Under the pieces are notes generated by a model, which saw nothing but the letters and a program-made list of their open reading frames with translations, was not told the origin of the DNA and searched no databases. A DNA stretch of 64,000 nucleotides from Enoplolaimus lenunculus. Its lineage: Eukaryota. The DNA is taken from NCBI GenBank assembly GCA_030248215.1, contig JASANG010003582.1, forward strand, positions 310,001 through 374,000, read 5' to 3'. Position 1 is the first letter of the stretch. Each line of letters starts with the position of its first letter. The position numbers and the translations under genes were made by a program. This document shows positions 23,515 through 54,175 of this stretch, piece after piece.

Positions 23515-24767
23515 GCTTTATCAATACTTCCAAAATCAATACACTTTTAAATTTGAATCTTGCAAAAATTCTATCTTTGGCTATGACACCGTTCACAATA
23601 ATTTTGTCAACGGGGCAACAAAATGTCTTATGGACCTGGGCTGTTATGAAATTATTTTGAAAACGAGCTCGTGATAGTCCTGATATATAAGAAATGTTAA
23701 TATGGAGCAAAATCCAGTCAATTTATACAGCGTTTGAGACGGCTTCATCAGCTGACTTCATTGGGTTTAACTTTGTCTATGATTCCTAGAAGCAATAATA
23801 ATTACTCACTGGAATTTATGCTATTGAATTTAATTAGCACCTGTGAACGCAGTTCCAAGTAGCTTGAATTTCATGCACCTGCAGTTTGATTGGTCAATCG
23901 CAATGTACCGTTGAAAATACTTGCAGCTGCAAGTATTTCGTGCAAGTTGCAACTGCGAGTTCGTGCAACAAAACTTGCACGTGCGAATGAGACTTAACCA
24001 ATCTAAACTTTCCTGTTAATTTTAGCATTAACCTTTTCGACGACCGATCGAGAAGAAAATAATTCTAAAAGACGAAGACAGATGTCAAAATTTAAATTTC
24101 CGTCCAACATTTGAAAATCAAATTTTTTTTTGTGATTTTGTATAATTTTTTATTATCTCGGTTACTTTTTGTAGAGTTCAAAATAAATTAATGAAATTAT
24201 CAACAGTGTTTTATATACATAAACACATTGCGCAGTTCAATCCGATAGTTTTCAAACACGACTCGCAATGTTCATTGATGCAAAAAAGTAGAAAGTTATG
24301 TAATACGCAAGTCAAACTTTTCTATGGTGACATTTTTTACAGTTTCTGCATTTAGAGCACAACGAGTGATGATTTTAGTTCAGCAAAAATGTTTGGCTTC
24401 GATGAAAATCGGAACGCTGCCCATGCTTATCTTATCACTATTTAAAACTGTGACCAATCTAAAGAACATGGCCGTATTAACAGCAGTAAACGCTTTTCGT
24501 AAAGCGTATAAGCATAAGTCTAAGTGTACGGCTAAACCTATACGTAAGCCTAAGCCTATGCGTCAGCAATAAACTAGTCTAAAGCTTAAAGCTATACCTT
24601 ATTGCAGTCCGCGGAAAAAAGGGGTCTTTTCCGTTACCCTCTAGCCAGCGTTTGATAAAAAGGCTCTATTTTGAAAATTCTTACATATTTGAGCTTCTTA
24701 TGACCTCCCCTGATCATTTTACACCTAAATTTTAATTTTTGAAACATTCCATTTTTAAGGTCCTTAC

Positions 24768-25406
24768 ACACAAAATATATTGTCTTGGATTGAAGGAAAT
24801 ATTGTCAGAAATTTGAGTCAATTATGTCTTAATACGGACTTGAGACTTATATGTCTTGAATTCAAGGCTTTTATTTCAAAATTTTCAGAAATATTGGTCT
24901 AAAAGTTTTGACAATTTAATGTCTTAAATTTTAGACTTTCTTTTATGAATGATTAAGAAAAATATTTCTGAAATATAAGACAAATATGTCGAAATATAAC
25001 GCTGAGATTTGCCATGGAAACCGACTCCAAAATTGGGGGCTAATGCTCCAACCAATACCCTAATTTTACAACCTACGATACCTCCAAGACGAACACTTAG
25101 GTTGTGGGAGCCTGAGCCCAACTCGAAATATCTTTCAAAGTCGATAATAAATTCTTGAATGTAAGACAACTATTTCTTGAAAGAAAAAACTTGTGTCTTA
25201 TAATATTGTTGTGTGAAATACAAGACATTTATGTATTGAAAATTTAGAAAGTAAGAATATTGAAATTTTAAGACAATTTACCATCCATTAAAGAAACGAA
25301 TTTCAGAGCAGTTCAGGGCTATTAATGCCTGAAATACAAGACATCTATGTCTTAAAAATTTAAGAAAGTAGGAGTCTTGAAATTTAAAGAGAATTCATTT
25401 TGCGTG
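24768..25406. mobile_element. TA-flanked element (TA|CACxCAAAA termini) rich in AAGACA/TGTCTT sub-repeats
   Basis: Left part homologous to 19343-19660; similar termini at 27944-28190. Confidence 0.6.
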
Positions 25407-26994
25407 TAGGTTCCCCCTGGGACCCAAAACATTTTAGTCTGATTGCAAAAAATTTAACACCATTATTATCAACTCCGAAATCTACATCGAATGATATGTA
25501 ATTTGTCAAGCTTTTTGACAAAAATTCTTTGGGTCCCAAGCGGGGTAACTTGGGACCTTAAAAATCGAATTTTTCAAAAACTCAAGTTTAGGCGTAAAAT
25601 GATCAGGGGATGTCATGAGAAGTTCAAATATGAGACAATTTTCAAAATCGAGCCATTTTTGGGCAAACATGAGCTGGGGGAGGGAGATAACGGAAAAGAC
25701 ACAAACGGTCCACCCGTGATCAGTACATGGCCGAATTGTTGTTTAACCTTCGAAACAATTAATAATTCGCGATGTATGGTGACCAAGAATTTTTGTGCCC
25801 TCAAGTAATCATTAGCAAGACAAAATTGCTTAAATGTTTGCAAATAAAATTCAGCTGATGGGTGGGAAACCTTTATTTTCGCGGGCGGTGCCTGCTTTTG
25901 CTCACTCGATTTTGCATTGAATAATTGTCGCCACGTAAGACCTGTTAGAGTACATAAAATTTCTTACCATAACGGTCTAAAACTACCTTCGTCGTCTTCT
26001 GATAACTGTAAAATTTTCTGAACCAGATTATAGGTAAGTTAGCAACGGGCCCGTAGCCACTGGAGGGTCAGGTAAGAGACTCAGCCCTTCGTATAAGAAG
26101 GTTGCAATCAGAAAATTTTCAACTTTGCTTGTAAGTCGCCGAAAACCCTTGCATGCCCTTCCTGAAAAGTGTTTAGCTCCTCTTGCATGGTAAACCAGCT
26201 ACCGACCTGGTGAGTAACTTTACTAAAAGAAACTTGGGCCAGAACCATTACGATTTTCGGCGGTGGGTGCATATCTAAAGCTTTCTTCGTTCCAAAACAA
26301 TAACTTGTCAATAATTAAAACTAAAGTATATTTGTTTCGCTAGAAAGATCTTTCTTATGTTTGTTTGTATAGGAAAATCTTAAACAATTATGTTTGAAAT
26401 TTGACTCTAATCTATAAATATTCGCAGCGTTTTGTCTTAATCGGATATAGTCTCTGTGTTGCGATGGGCGAAACCTTTTGCAAAATATCGAACAATTTCA
26501 TTGCGTAACTTTCACTGCTTTTTCGTAAGTATTTAAAGATCGGCTTTAGATGTGTTCAAAATTTTGTACCAGTTAACGACTGCATAATATTTTGATTGCC
26601 GCTGAAGCTATTGATATGAAATATGTTGTATGTTCTAAATCTGTCGGCTACTGTACACTTTTGCTACATTTTAGATTAAGGTTTAGGTTTAAACCTAGGC
26701 TTAAGCTTAGACAAATGTTTGGATTTAGATTTAGGGGCCAATGTTTGCACGTCTTTGTGTAGTATTGTACACAGATTAGCGCACGGTGACAGACGATACC
26801 GGAAAACATTTAACCTATCAAAACGTATCATACCACCCTCAGATATACCCCAGCCTGACCGTTTTCCAAATTCTGATGCAATATGTTTACTGACATCGTT
26901 TCAGCTGAATTTAATTTTTACAAAACGGAATATATATTTAGCCACAATTACTAATGTAAATTTATCTGACTGAATATGACCAAATGACGCGCCA

Positions 26995-44819
<17,825 letters not shown>

Positions 44820-46464
44820 CTCAACCAAAACAAACTTTACACCGTTTAAGCTCCAGATAAACTGCTGCCGTGATTCAATAATTGGTTCGTGAAGCCTAAC
44901 CGAAGGCATATGCCTGTGGTGCTTATAGACGTTTGGACTGTTGGTGGCCTTTGTCAAAAAACGACAAAAACCTTGGCTCTTAAAACAGAATTGGCAGATC
45001 ATGAACGATTAGTTAATAATGCCCCTGTCGTCTGACAAACACGTGTTTGGATTAGGGGTATTTAAAAGGTCCGGTCCTTTGCCAACTGTGCTCGTAGTAT
45101 ATCTGGCAGACGCGAGAAGTTGATTAGTTTACAGTTTACCATGATGTCCTGTGCTTTGATCTCGAATTAGCCAATAAAAATCCTGCACTTGTTGACTAAA
45201 GAGTTTGATTGTGTAACATGGCCAGCACATAAAGGTGTCGGTTTGATGATTATTATCATTTAAAGTAGGGATGTGCCGATTCGGCATCGGCATCGGCACA
45301 GCAAAAAAAAATGGCCGATTGTTTGCCAATACTTTCTGCACTTTGGTCGCGTTCGTACTCGGCTCCGAGACCAATTTTACAGTTATTTAGGTCTCCTAAA
45401 TTTATGGCCGTCTGGATAGCAGCGTCAGACCTAATTGTTGGTTACGTGAACACGATTTGAAGAAAATATCGCGAGCGAAGCGAACGAAAAGCCACACACC
45501 ATTACCTATAATTCTGCTACAGAACTTCAGTTTTGTGTCTTCGTTGGCATAGTGTTGGAATGCTCGTCTAGGCGTAATTTTTTGTCTAATGTAAATTGTG
45601 ACACAACAACTGATTTCGATAGGGGGGCCCACGGTCTCCCGGGTCCCCTCTGCTGTATGTCCCTGTTTGCTTGGTGAAGTGTACAAGTGAACAACTTTCA
45701 GGCAGTACACGTTTAGTACAGGACACGAATAGGGCCACAATGTTTCCGTTTTTAATCAGTATAAGTAAACGAAATATACTTGTATTCGAATTCCAAAGTT
45801 ACGTACATACAAGAGTATGCAACTCTTGGGGTTCCGCATGGTACAAAATATACCGCCGGGCGTTGCGTTTTTGGCCGTCTCCCATATTTAGAGAGGGGAT
45901 CGCTATCACATACATCCCCTTAAACTATACGCGGAGCATTATTGATGTCGTATACGTACAGTGCCATGGTTCGCACAAGTTGTGCCCCCAACGGGCCCGT
46001 AGCCAAGGGGGGCTCATGGGGGCTCAGCTCCCACCCCCTGGAAAAATTTGGGCCCCCTTGAAGATTTTCAATCTTGCTTGTAAGTCATTGAAAACAATTG
46101 AATGCCCTCCTGAAAAATTTCTGGCCTGCGATGTAGGCCAAAAACGCAACGTGTGCTACGTACAATGGTTTTATGCACAAAATGTATACCGAGTTGCACA
46201 CTCTTGTAAACAGAGTCATCATCGAACCTCGGTTGAAATTATATTGTATTATTTTCCAATGCACAGCCACGTTTTTAACAGTCTACTGAAGCATCGACAA
46301 TTTTTCATCCGGATATGAACACTATCTAGGGTTGTTCGCTACCACCATTAAGTCTATTTCGCATACACACGCAGATAAACCCGTTCCTGTAGTTACACAT
46401 CGTACAATACGACCAGGCCGCAATGTTAGCTGTTCACAAATTAAACGACAAATCAGCCCGGATG

Positions 46465-47154
46465 TCACTGAGTAACAATTTTTAATCTCACAGCATCATG
46501 CGGAAAATTTCCATTAGAGTCTCCATCGGTGAAATGTTCATCCGGATACGGCGTCTGCGTTGCTGTCCAGCAATAATCTCGTTCGAGTTTAATTCGATTA
46601 ATTTGCCGATAACAGTACCATGCAGCTGCAGCACATACGAAATGTAATAAATCTGCGGCGACAAGCATCACAAAATATCGCCAACTGCAAAATAGTGCAA
46701 TACCGTACAGTACAAATGCTGCATGTCCAAGTTGTATTAGAATTTTTGCAATTACATACGGTATAATCGCTTTGAAGTTATTTGCAATTAATCCATAAAT
46801 TAACGCGAAAGTAGTCAAAATTGACTGGCAACAGAATGGAATTGCAATTGCATACCGTTGCAAACTGCAACTAAAGCTCAACGATTCGTAGTATAACGCA
46901 CACTCGTGCGGCGTTCCTTCGTTACGACACAACCAGCACAGCAAATATTGCAATTTATTGCATTCACCGTATTGTTTTACTGCAGGCGAGTCAAGTTCAG
47001 TTCGCCTACGAAGGGTTTGCATCGTTAAATATGTTAAGCTGAACAGACATTCAGCTGCGGCTGCAAGCCCGATTATAAGTTTGACACGCGTGAGTGATGA
47101 TATTGAGCAGATTGTTTCACATTTAATAATTTGGTTAATATTTAAATTTACCAT
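46465..47154 (-). CDS. Single-exon 229-aa multi-pass (about 4 TM) membrane protein, possibly LAPTM-like
   Basis: Uninterrupted non-repetitive ORF in AT-rich DNA; four hydrophobic segments, LIYGL...IIPY motif, Cys-containing loop. Family assignment is inference. Confidence 0.7.
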   Translation of the reverse strand: MVNLNINQIIKCETICSISSLTRVKLIIGLAAAAECLFSLTYLTMQTLRRRTELDSPAVKQYGECNKLQYLLCWLCRNEGTPHECALYYESLSFSCSLQRYAIAIPFCCQSILTTFALIYGLIANNFKAIIPYVIAKILIQLGHAAFVLYGIALFCSWRYFVMLVAADLLHFVCAAAAWYCYRQINRIKLERDYCWTATQTPYPDEHFTDGDSNGNFPHDAVRLKIVTQ

Positions 47155-47268
47155 AAATTAAAGTTTGTATCAAGTGAGATCTGTTAGCGGTTTAAACCTA
47201 AAAATTCGACGAACTGTTAGATTCATCATATAGTTTAAACTTGACACGGGATTGAGTGTAAAACTCGG

Positions 47269-47585
47269 GGGTAATGTAAAGAACAAGGACGGAACAGTAT
47301 TATACGCATATTCCTACGCCTAAGCCTAAGCCTATGCGTAAGAATAAAAATATGTCTAAGCCTAAAGCCTAGCGTAAGAATGAGCATATTCCTAAGCCTA
47401 AGCGTAAGAATGAGCATATTCCTAAGCCTAAGAGTAAGAATGAGCATATTCCTAAGCCTAAGCGTAAGAATGAGCATATTCCTAAGCCTAAACCTAAGTC
47501 TAAACCAAGCAAAAAATTAGTCTAAAGCTAAATCTACTCTGCTAGTGGCACAGAAAGACGTTCCGCCCCTGATCTTTACATGGGA
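47269..47585 (+). mobile_element. Telomere-repeat MITE, subfamily B, with internal 30-bp tandem expansion
   Basis: GTAAAGAACAAGGACGGAAC...GTTCCGCCCCTGATCTTTACATGGG; ends degenerate. Confidence 0.75.
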
Positions 47586-49644
47586 ATGCTGATTAACTAA
47601 GTCCTGGGTCCTGGGTTTCCAATCCTAGCTTGAAATTGAGACGACTTTGAAAATATTAATGTGAAAAAGTGGTACCTGGAATTGTCTAGTATATGCGCCA
47701 CAAATAATGCTTCCCCATATACAGTTTTCGAAATTTTCAAATTTAGGCATAACTTCAGCTTAGGATAATGCTTAGGCTTAGATGTCGTCTTGTGATAAAT
47801 TTGTAGGTGGGACGATTGTGCAAGTGCCATAAGAAAACTTGAACAAATCCAACACAAAGATTAGAGACAGTAAAAATTAGCTCAAATTAAACAAAATGAT
47901 TGAAACGGTTACCAAAAAGATAACAGAGCGTTTAAATTTAAATAAACTTTGCAAAAACGCCAAAAAACACTTCAATGCCTGTCTACTTTGTACACATTTA
48001 AGATTGTATCATAGTGAAATTTATGTGTTAAAGGGCAACCCAGCCTTCATACATAAAGCACAGGGTAAAAGTGCTTGTTGTGCACATTTTGAAAACGGGG
48101 TGCAGCGGTTTACCATATAAAAGGCTGACAAACACAACCATATACAAGTCTGAAAACATTGCCAAAACAACAACATACAGGGCAAACTGGTAGAGTTCAG
48201 TTTGAGGAACGCCAAGAAATATGATATATATGCAACTTCAAGAAGCAATATTTAAAATTTGTAGTTGTAAATGTACGAAAAACAAAAAATGACTGAAAAT
48301 GAGTTGCCCAAAATTTTTTTAGTGTTGCACTATACTCGCCCCGACCCGCCCGACGCCGACGCGCGTTGCTGCGCCGAACAATACAACTTATATATATAAT
48401 AGAGTTAGTTTAAACTTTAGACTAATTTTGTTTGCTTAGGCTTAGGCTTAGGCTTAGGCTCAGGAATAGGCTCATCCATACGCTGACGCTTAGGCTTAGG
48501 CTTAGGAATATGCTTATACTACTGTTCCAGCCATGTTCTATACATGGGCCGATTATGCCTGTCTTGGTTAGCAACGTATAGCGGCGTGCGACGGCGTCCG
48601 GCACAGTAAAGCATATATACCACAATCCTTATCTACGGCGCTTCAAACCGTACAAACTTAGCTTCATTCAAATCAAGCGCATAGGCAGGATAGGGTTGTG
48701 TGGGAGGTGGGATCTTGTCCAGACCTTTCAAAAATCGCATGAACCAAAGAAGTAGTTTTTATAATTCAATTTCCGCTGTATAGTGATCAAGGTGCAAACG
48801 GAATTCCGGTTCCGGTAGGCAATCCCGTTATTTTAAACTATCCGATTCCGGTAAAAAATCCGGTATTTTTTCACCGAAATTTTCCGTTATTTTCGGTATT
48901 GAAAATTTTTGTCATTCGAAAATTTAAGAAAAATTGACATATTATTCTAAATTATTTTTCTAAAATTGTCTGAGCGTGTAAGAGATAAAATAGCGATAAA
49001 AATGTATTTTTTCGTTAACAAGAATTTTTGTTTTCGGGTTCCGGCTCCGGTTCGTGTGACGTGTTTTCAGCACACACGATATTAGTCAATTTTTTTATAC
49101 AGAAACCGCAATGCTGTATTCCCTATCCTATTGTACACCCCTACCAACTCGAAACATACAGTACCCACCTGATTCAAATTTTCAGTTTAAAACAAATAAT
49201 CGTGTGAATTTTGTACCTTAGTACACAGCTATGATTGGAATCTGAAATGGGGGTCTGCATTTGTATCCTACGACAGATGACTCTGTAACGCGTCCGAGTC
49301 CACTTCATGATTTGCATTTAACTTCCGTTGCAGTGGGAAATCCCTAAGGTTTTGTTTTGTTATTACTTAGAATCGCATCAGATTTCAGTTTTATAACAAA
49401 ACTAATTAAAATCACATCAAGAAACCATAAAAGCAAGCATTGAATAGCGAAAACTTTTCAAATAAGATAAAAGTATATCAAAAAGTGGTAAAAATACCCT
49501 AATAACAACATATCTGGAGATATTTACATATCTCCGGTAGCAATCGGATTCCGGCCAGGCAGAATATTTGTGGGAGGTTCCGGTAGTTTCGGTAGTGAAA
49601 TTTTTTGCATTCTTATAAATCTTAAACCTTTCGATAAGTTACAG

Positions 49645-49798
49645 GGCCCATGTATAGAACGGGGCCGGATTGTTTTCCGAAGGGGCTGTACTAGAGTCAG
49701 TTTAAGCTTTAGACTATTTTTTGTTTAGGCTTAGGCTTAACCTTAGGCTTATGAACATACTGTATACTACTGTTCCGGTCCTGTTCTATATATGGGCC
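49645..49798 (-). mobile_element. Telomere-repeat MITE, subfamily B-related
   Basis: GGCCCATGTATAGAAC...GTTCTATATATGGGCC; TSD agttacag/agttagag; internal (TTAGGC)n. Confidence 0.8.
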
Positions 49799-51071
49799 AG
49801 TTAGAGTTGCAACTCCGGGCCAATTTTGAAGGGTTTGTTGCCGAGGCTTTATCATAAAGCAAACTTCAAAACAAGTTTTTGACAGACAACACTGTAGAGT
49901 GTAGACTATTTATAAATTAAGAAAGTCTAACATTATTTTTTGCTTCACTTCCTGTTTGGTTTCGACTACGGTAGTAAAAGTATTAGTGACCTTCAGCTCA
50001 ACACATTTCAAAAACTCAGCCTATTTCAAAACCAGGATACATTATCGAAATAGCAGGGTGCAACCAGAGGTGAAGTATACCGGAGCCAGAGCTGAAGCCG
50101 GAGATGAGGCGGACTTAGGTAGTTAAAATGATGTTTAATTTGTTAATTTTCACAAATATCGGTGATGTGTTGTTAAATCGTTTCGTTCAACGCTTATTTT
50201 TTCTGAAATCTCGGCACTTGTTTCCTCAAAATTGTGCCATATGTTAAAACAAAACGCGCTAAACCAACAAATTTTGTAAAACTACACAAAATTTCATTAC
50301 CGAAATTGCCAGAACCTCCGGCAAAAATTCCACCGTAGCCGGAGCCGAGGGTCGATTTTCTGCCGGAGCCGGAGCCGGGGGTCGATTTTCTACCGGAGCC
50401 GGTGCCAAAGGCAGACCTCCGGTTGTACACTGCAAAATAAACATGCTGGTACTATGAATTTTAATTATGCAAATATTACTTTTCCTCCAGGTAGAACCAA
50501 ACCCTGAACCCAGATTTTTACAAAATCGATATCCGGTGCTCAACGAATTATTGCAGCTAATTAGCGCAATTTTAGTAAAGAAATATTTTGCAAATTATAT
50601 ACGGTTATGTTGCCTTAAGTGATTTTTGAGCAATATTTTTCAGTTTTCATTAATTAGATTTGTTCAAAAAACAACACACCGAAAGTAGAGTTTGACAATC
50701 CTTATTTCAGAGGTCTCTGCAACTTTTAGGCAACAGGGGTGTAGTACGGATTTCGTTTTTATAATTTCATGAAAAATATATTTTCTTGTTTGACCTCTAC
50801 AATTCGGACAGTTATTCTAAATACTAATGTGAAAGGGCTTTTTCTTGTCTGTAGAAATTTCGGATGAGGGGATATATCTCTTCTATCCCTGCCCTTTTAC
50901 ACAACCCTATATGCCAAACTGGTTCATAATCTTCACACGTTTGCTGCATTATGTCAGTTGGTCAAAACTGTAAAGGGTGCAACCGGAGACGAGAAAAAAC
51001 CTGGCATGGCCGGAAGATAACAAACTAAACGCAAATCGGAAACCACGGAGTACAAATTAGACAATAAAAAT

Positions 51072-51523
51072 GGCCAATGTAACGAACAGGGGCGGAGCAG
51101 TATTATAAAAGCATATTCCTAAGCCTAAGCCTAAGCCTAAGCCAAGCAAAAAATTAGTCTAAAGCTTAACCCTTTCACTCATAGAGTATACTATGAGCAA
51201 CTAAATACAATAATGTAACAGCAATACACACACTGAGCAGTGTTTAACATTTATAACATATATGCGCAGTGCAAAATCTCCACAAGACCTGAAAGCCTAC
51301 TCGGGCTCGATCGTCAAGCTCCTATAGCTCAGTCAGTGGTCATCGTAAACGCCTCCTACCCGTGAGACTGGGGATCGAATCTTACCTTGAAATTACATCT
51401 CATATGAAATTGAAAATATTCATGTGAGAAAGGGTTAATGAAAAAATTCCTACTTAGTATCTTTAAGCTTACTCGTTTCTAGTCCAACAGAAAAACGTTC
51501 CGACCCTGATCTTTACATGGGCC
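51072..51523 (+). mobile_element. Telomere-repeat MITE, subfamily B, with nested piggyBac-like insertion
   Basis: TIRs; perfect TSD ataaaaat. Confidence 0.87.
51170..51434 (+). mobile_element. piggyBac-like MITE carrying tRNA-like cassette
   Basis: TTAA|CCCTTTCACTCAT...ATGTGAGAAAGGG|TTAA. Confidence 0.85.
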
Positions 51524-52231
51524 ATAAAAATGATAACTTTGTTTCAACAATAATACGTGTATGCGCTTAAAGTAAAAGTGTCAAAAAATTTGTTTTTCAT
51601 TGCTTGCTTCTAAGAAATCTAATTAAAAAGTTTTAAAAATTGCACGATTGTTTAGTAACACAGTCGCTTAAAGGAATCTCAGGCAAAATTTTTTAACGGA
51701 ATAAACACGCAATGACAGTTGCGAACTTAGGCGGACTTTGGTTTTGACGTGGAGTTGTATGTCGGTTAAGGTTCCCACGGACGCTGGAGATGTGAAGGGA
51801 ACCAAGGAAATTGCGTTGTTTTTCGGGGTTGTACATAGCGCCGGATAGCACAGTATTGTAAATACTGGAACCTTATTGAAAAACTAGAGAAATCATTTTT
51901 ATTTAAGTGTATTCTAACGAGGTTAGTTTCACTATTCTTAAACCGGAGAAATCCATTCTAACGGGGTTAGTTTGGCAGATATTTGGTGTAATTCTAACGG
52001 GTTTAGGATCGCAAGGCTTGGAGAAATTTGGGGTTATTTTAACGGGATTAGAATATCACGGTTTTCTGGCAACGTGGAGAAACATTGGTAAATTGTGAGT
52101 CAGTGGCTGCATTAAACCAGAATTTAGGCACGGTATCACAAAGAAATTCGGATGGGGCTACCATAATTAGGACAACTTATCATTGTTTGTCGTAATTGTT
52201 ATACATATTTATTCGGTGTATCTGGTATTGT

Positions 52232-52386
52232 GGCCCATGTTACTTTAAGGGGCGGCCACATTTCTGGTGGGTCTACACAAGAGTAGGTTTAGATTCTAGA
52301 TTACATTTTTTTGCTTAGATTTAAACTTAGGCTTTCGGAATACGCTCAGACTCTACTGTTACGCCCCTAAAAGTAACATATTGGTC
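52232..52386 (-). mobile_element. Telomere-repeat MITE, subfamily A (reverse)
   Basis: TIRs; perfect TSD ggtattgt. Confidence 0.85.
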
Positions 52387-52741
52387 GGTATTGTGGTGGG
52401 GTCAGTAAATATTCAACCGGCCGGCTCAGCTATTCTATCCAGCAAAATATCTCACGGTTCGTATAAAATCATTTGAAATCACAATTTCTCATGCTTACAA
52501 CACAATCAAATGAGCATTGTCCCCATTCAGAAAATGGTCATCCACGCCTAATAATGCGCACGTTTGTACAAAAATTGTACACCCACCCCCCTGGAAGTAG
52601 TGTCAAGCCGGAAATACTTAAATTGTCGCGTGAATACACTTGCCACAAAATCTGCGGTGATTGAAATGACCCCCGTGCCCTGGAAGCACTTTGAACGAAA
52701 GAATCTAACAAGATTTTTCCATGATTACGCACAACCACGTA

Positions 52742-53153
52742 CTGTAGTGACCCGAATATAAAGGGGGAACTGATATATATTTGGCCTCTCCAGAGGGTTC
52801 CCCCTTGTTATTCGGTTACGGACTGTTATTTATTTTTAACCCACGCTCCGCTGCCCTTCGTTACTGATATATATCCGGTACTGCAATTATCCGTTGAATT
52901 AAACGTTTATATTTGTCTTGTGTCAATAGGTTGAGCGATAATGCAAGGTTATGCTTAGGAATGTACTTTCAAAATTTAAGTACACTTTAAAGTTTCGAAC
53001 TCAAATTATTTGGTCCTGGAGTCATTTATGCGCTACAATTAAAGTTAATTGACATTTATGGACTCTTATTAGGGATACGGACTCCAATTGATTCAGACTC
53101 AAAATGGGCACCCCTCCCTCTTATTACTCCCCCTCTTATTCGGGTCAATGCAT
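52742..53153. mobile_element. Tc1/mariner-type ~440-bp MITE (reverse)
   Basis: Same family; partial copies at 54501-54855, 21302-21490, 42660-42730. Confidence 0.8.
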
Positions 53154-54044
53154 TATGGTCTTTTATTCGCATAGAAATTTTTGGCAACATAAGCAGCGAA
53201 AGTTTGTAATGCAGAATGCAAACGTTAACACATGTTTAAGACGAAAAAAATCTTGCGGTTTATCATTTTTGCCGCTTTTTAGCGTAATTTTCCTGTCACA
53301 CACTGCTATCAACTGCCTCGTATTCGGGTTAATACAATATTAGAAATCAGGTTTTTCGCAATCTGTAGTAGAATTTTGCAAAGCTTATGTTGACCAACCA
53401 ACTCGACATAATAACATATTAAGCCAAAAGCAAACGGAGCGTAGCTCTAGTAGAAATAGAACAATTTACCTGATTAAACGCTTCATAAAATTTTATGCGG
53501 GGTTCACGTTATCACTGATGCAGCCTGGAACACGTTTTCTCCGTATTACAATAGCGGCTAACGTTTTGTCTGCACAATGATCCGCTATCAGTCATAAAAT
53601 TTGAGTTGTCTGCAATCCTGGTGTGACATTAACTGTTTGTATTGCGCAATATCACATGATATTCGAAATATTGTCAGTCAGTGTCATATGACATGTTTGA
53701 AAACAATCTGCAAGGCTGTGACTGATAGATTCCGCGTTAAAAATACAGACATACATTCTAGAAATCAACGCAGTTTTCGAAAATAAAAAGTATGACATGG
53801 ATTTTGCCGTTTTGTTGAATATACAGATAACAGGGCGTGAAACAATTTGGACTTGTGGGTTTTCCCGTTACCCCCTAGACCGTGTGGGTTTTCCCGTTAC
53901 CCCCTAGACCGTATTCGCCAAAAAATGGTTGAATTTTAAACTTTTTTTGCATATTTGAGATTACCAAGATGTCCGCTGATCATTCCACACCCAAATTAGA
54001 ATTTTTGAAAAATGCGATAGCCCAAGCTGTAGTTGGAGAAGCAG

Positions 54045-54175
54045 GCCGCGTCACGCAGTGATAGACAGCTTGCCTTGGAATCCTATGGCCGCTAGTTCGA
54101 TCCCCGCTCTGTAGGCCGCTTTTCCAGCTGCTTAGTTAAAAGGTCTCAAGTCCCGGTTCCTACCTACGCTGACAG
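54045..54175 (+). mobile_element. tRNA-derived SINE-like head
   Basis: GGCCGCGTCACGCAGTGA (degenerate A box)...AGTTCGATCCCCG (B box); no complete cloverleaf seen. Confidence 0.5.

Noticed and set aside
26464..26524. Candidate first coding exon with an in-frame TAA, which would make the peroxidase a pseudogene
   Set aside because: A stop-free signal-peptide exon with correct phase exists at 26995-27061.
45671..46318. 215-aa ORF
   Set aside because: Runs through a P-like MITE with a nested hAT-like MITE; no protein motif.
54045..54115. Functional tRNA gene (also considered 51318-51386)
   Set aside because: Degenerate A box and no complete acceptor stem or cloverleaf; treated as TE-derived.
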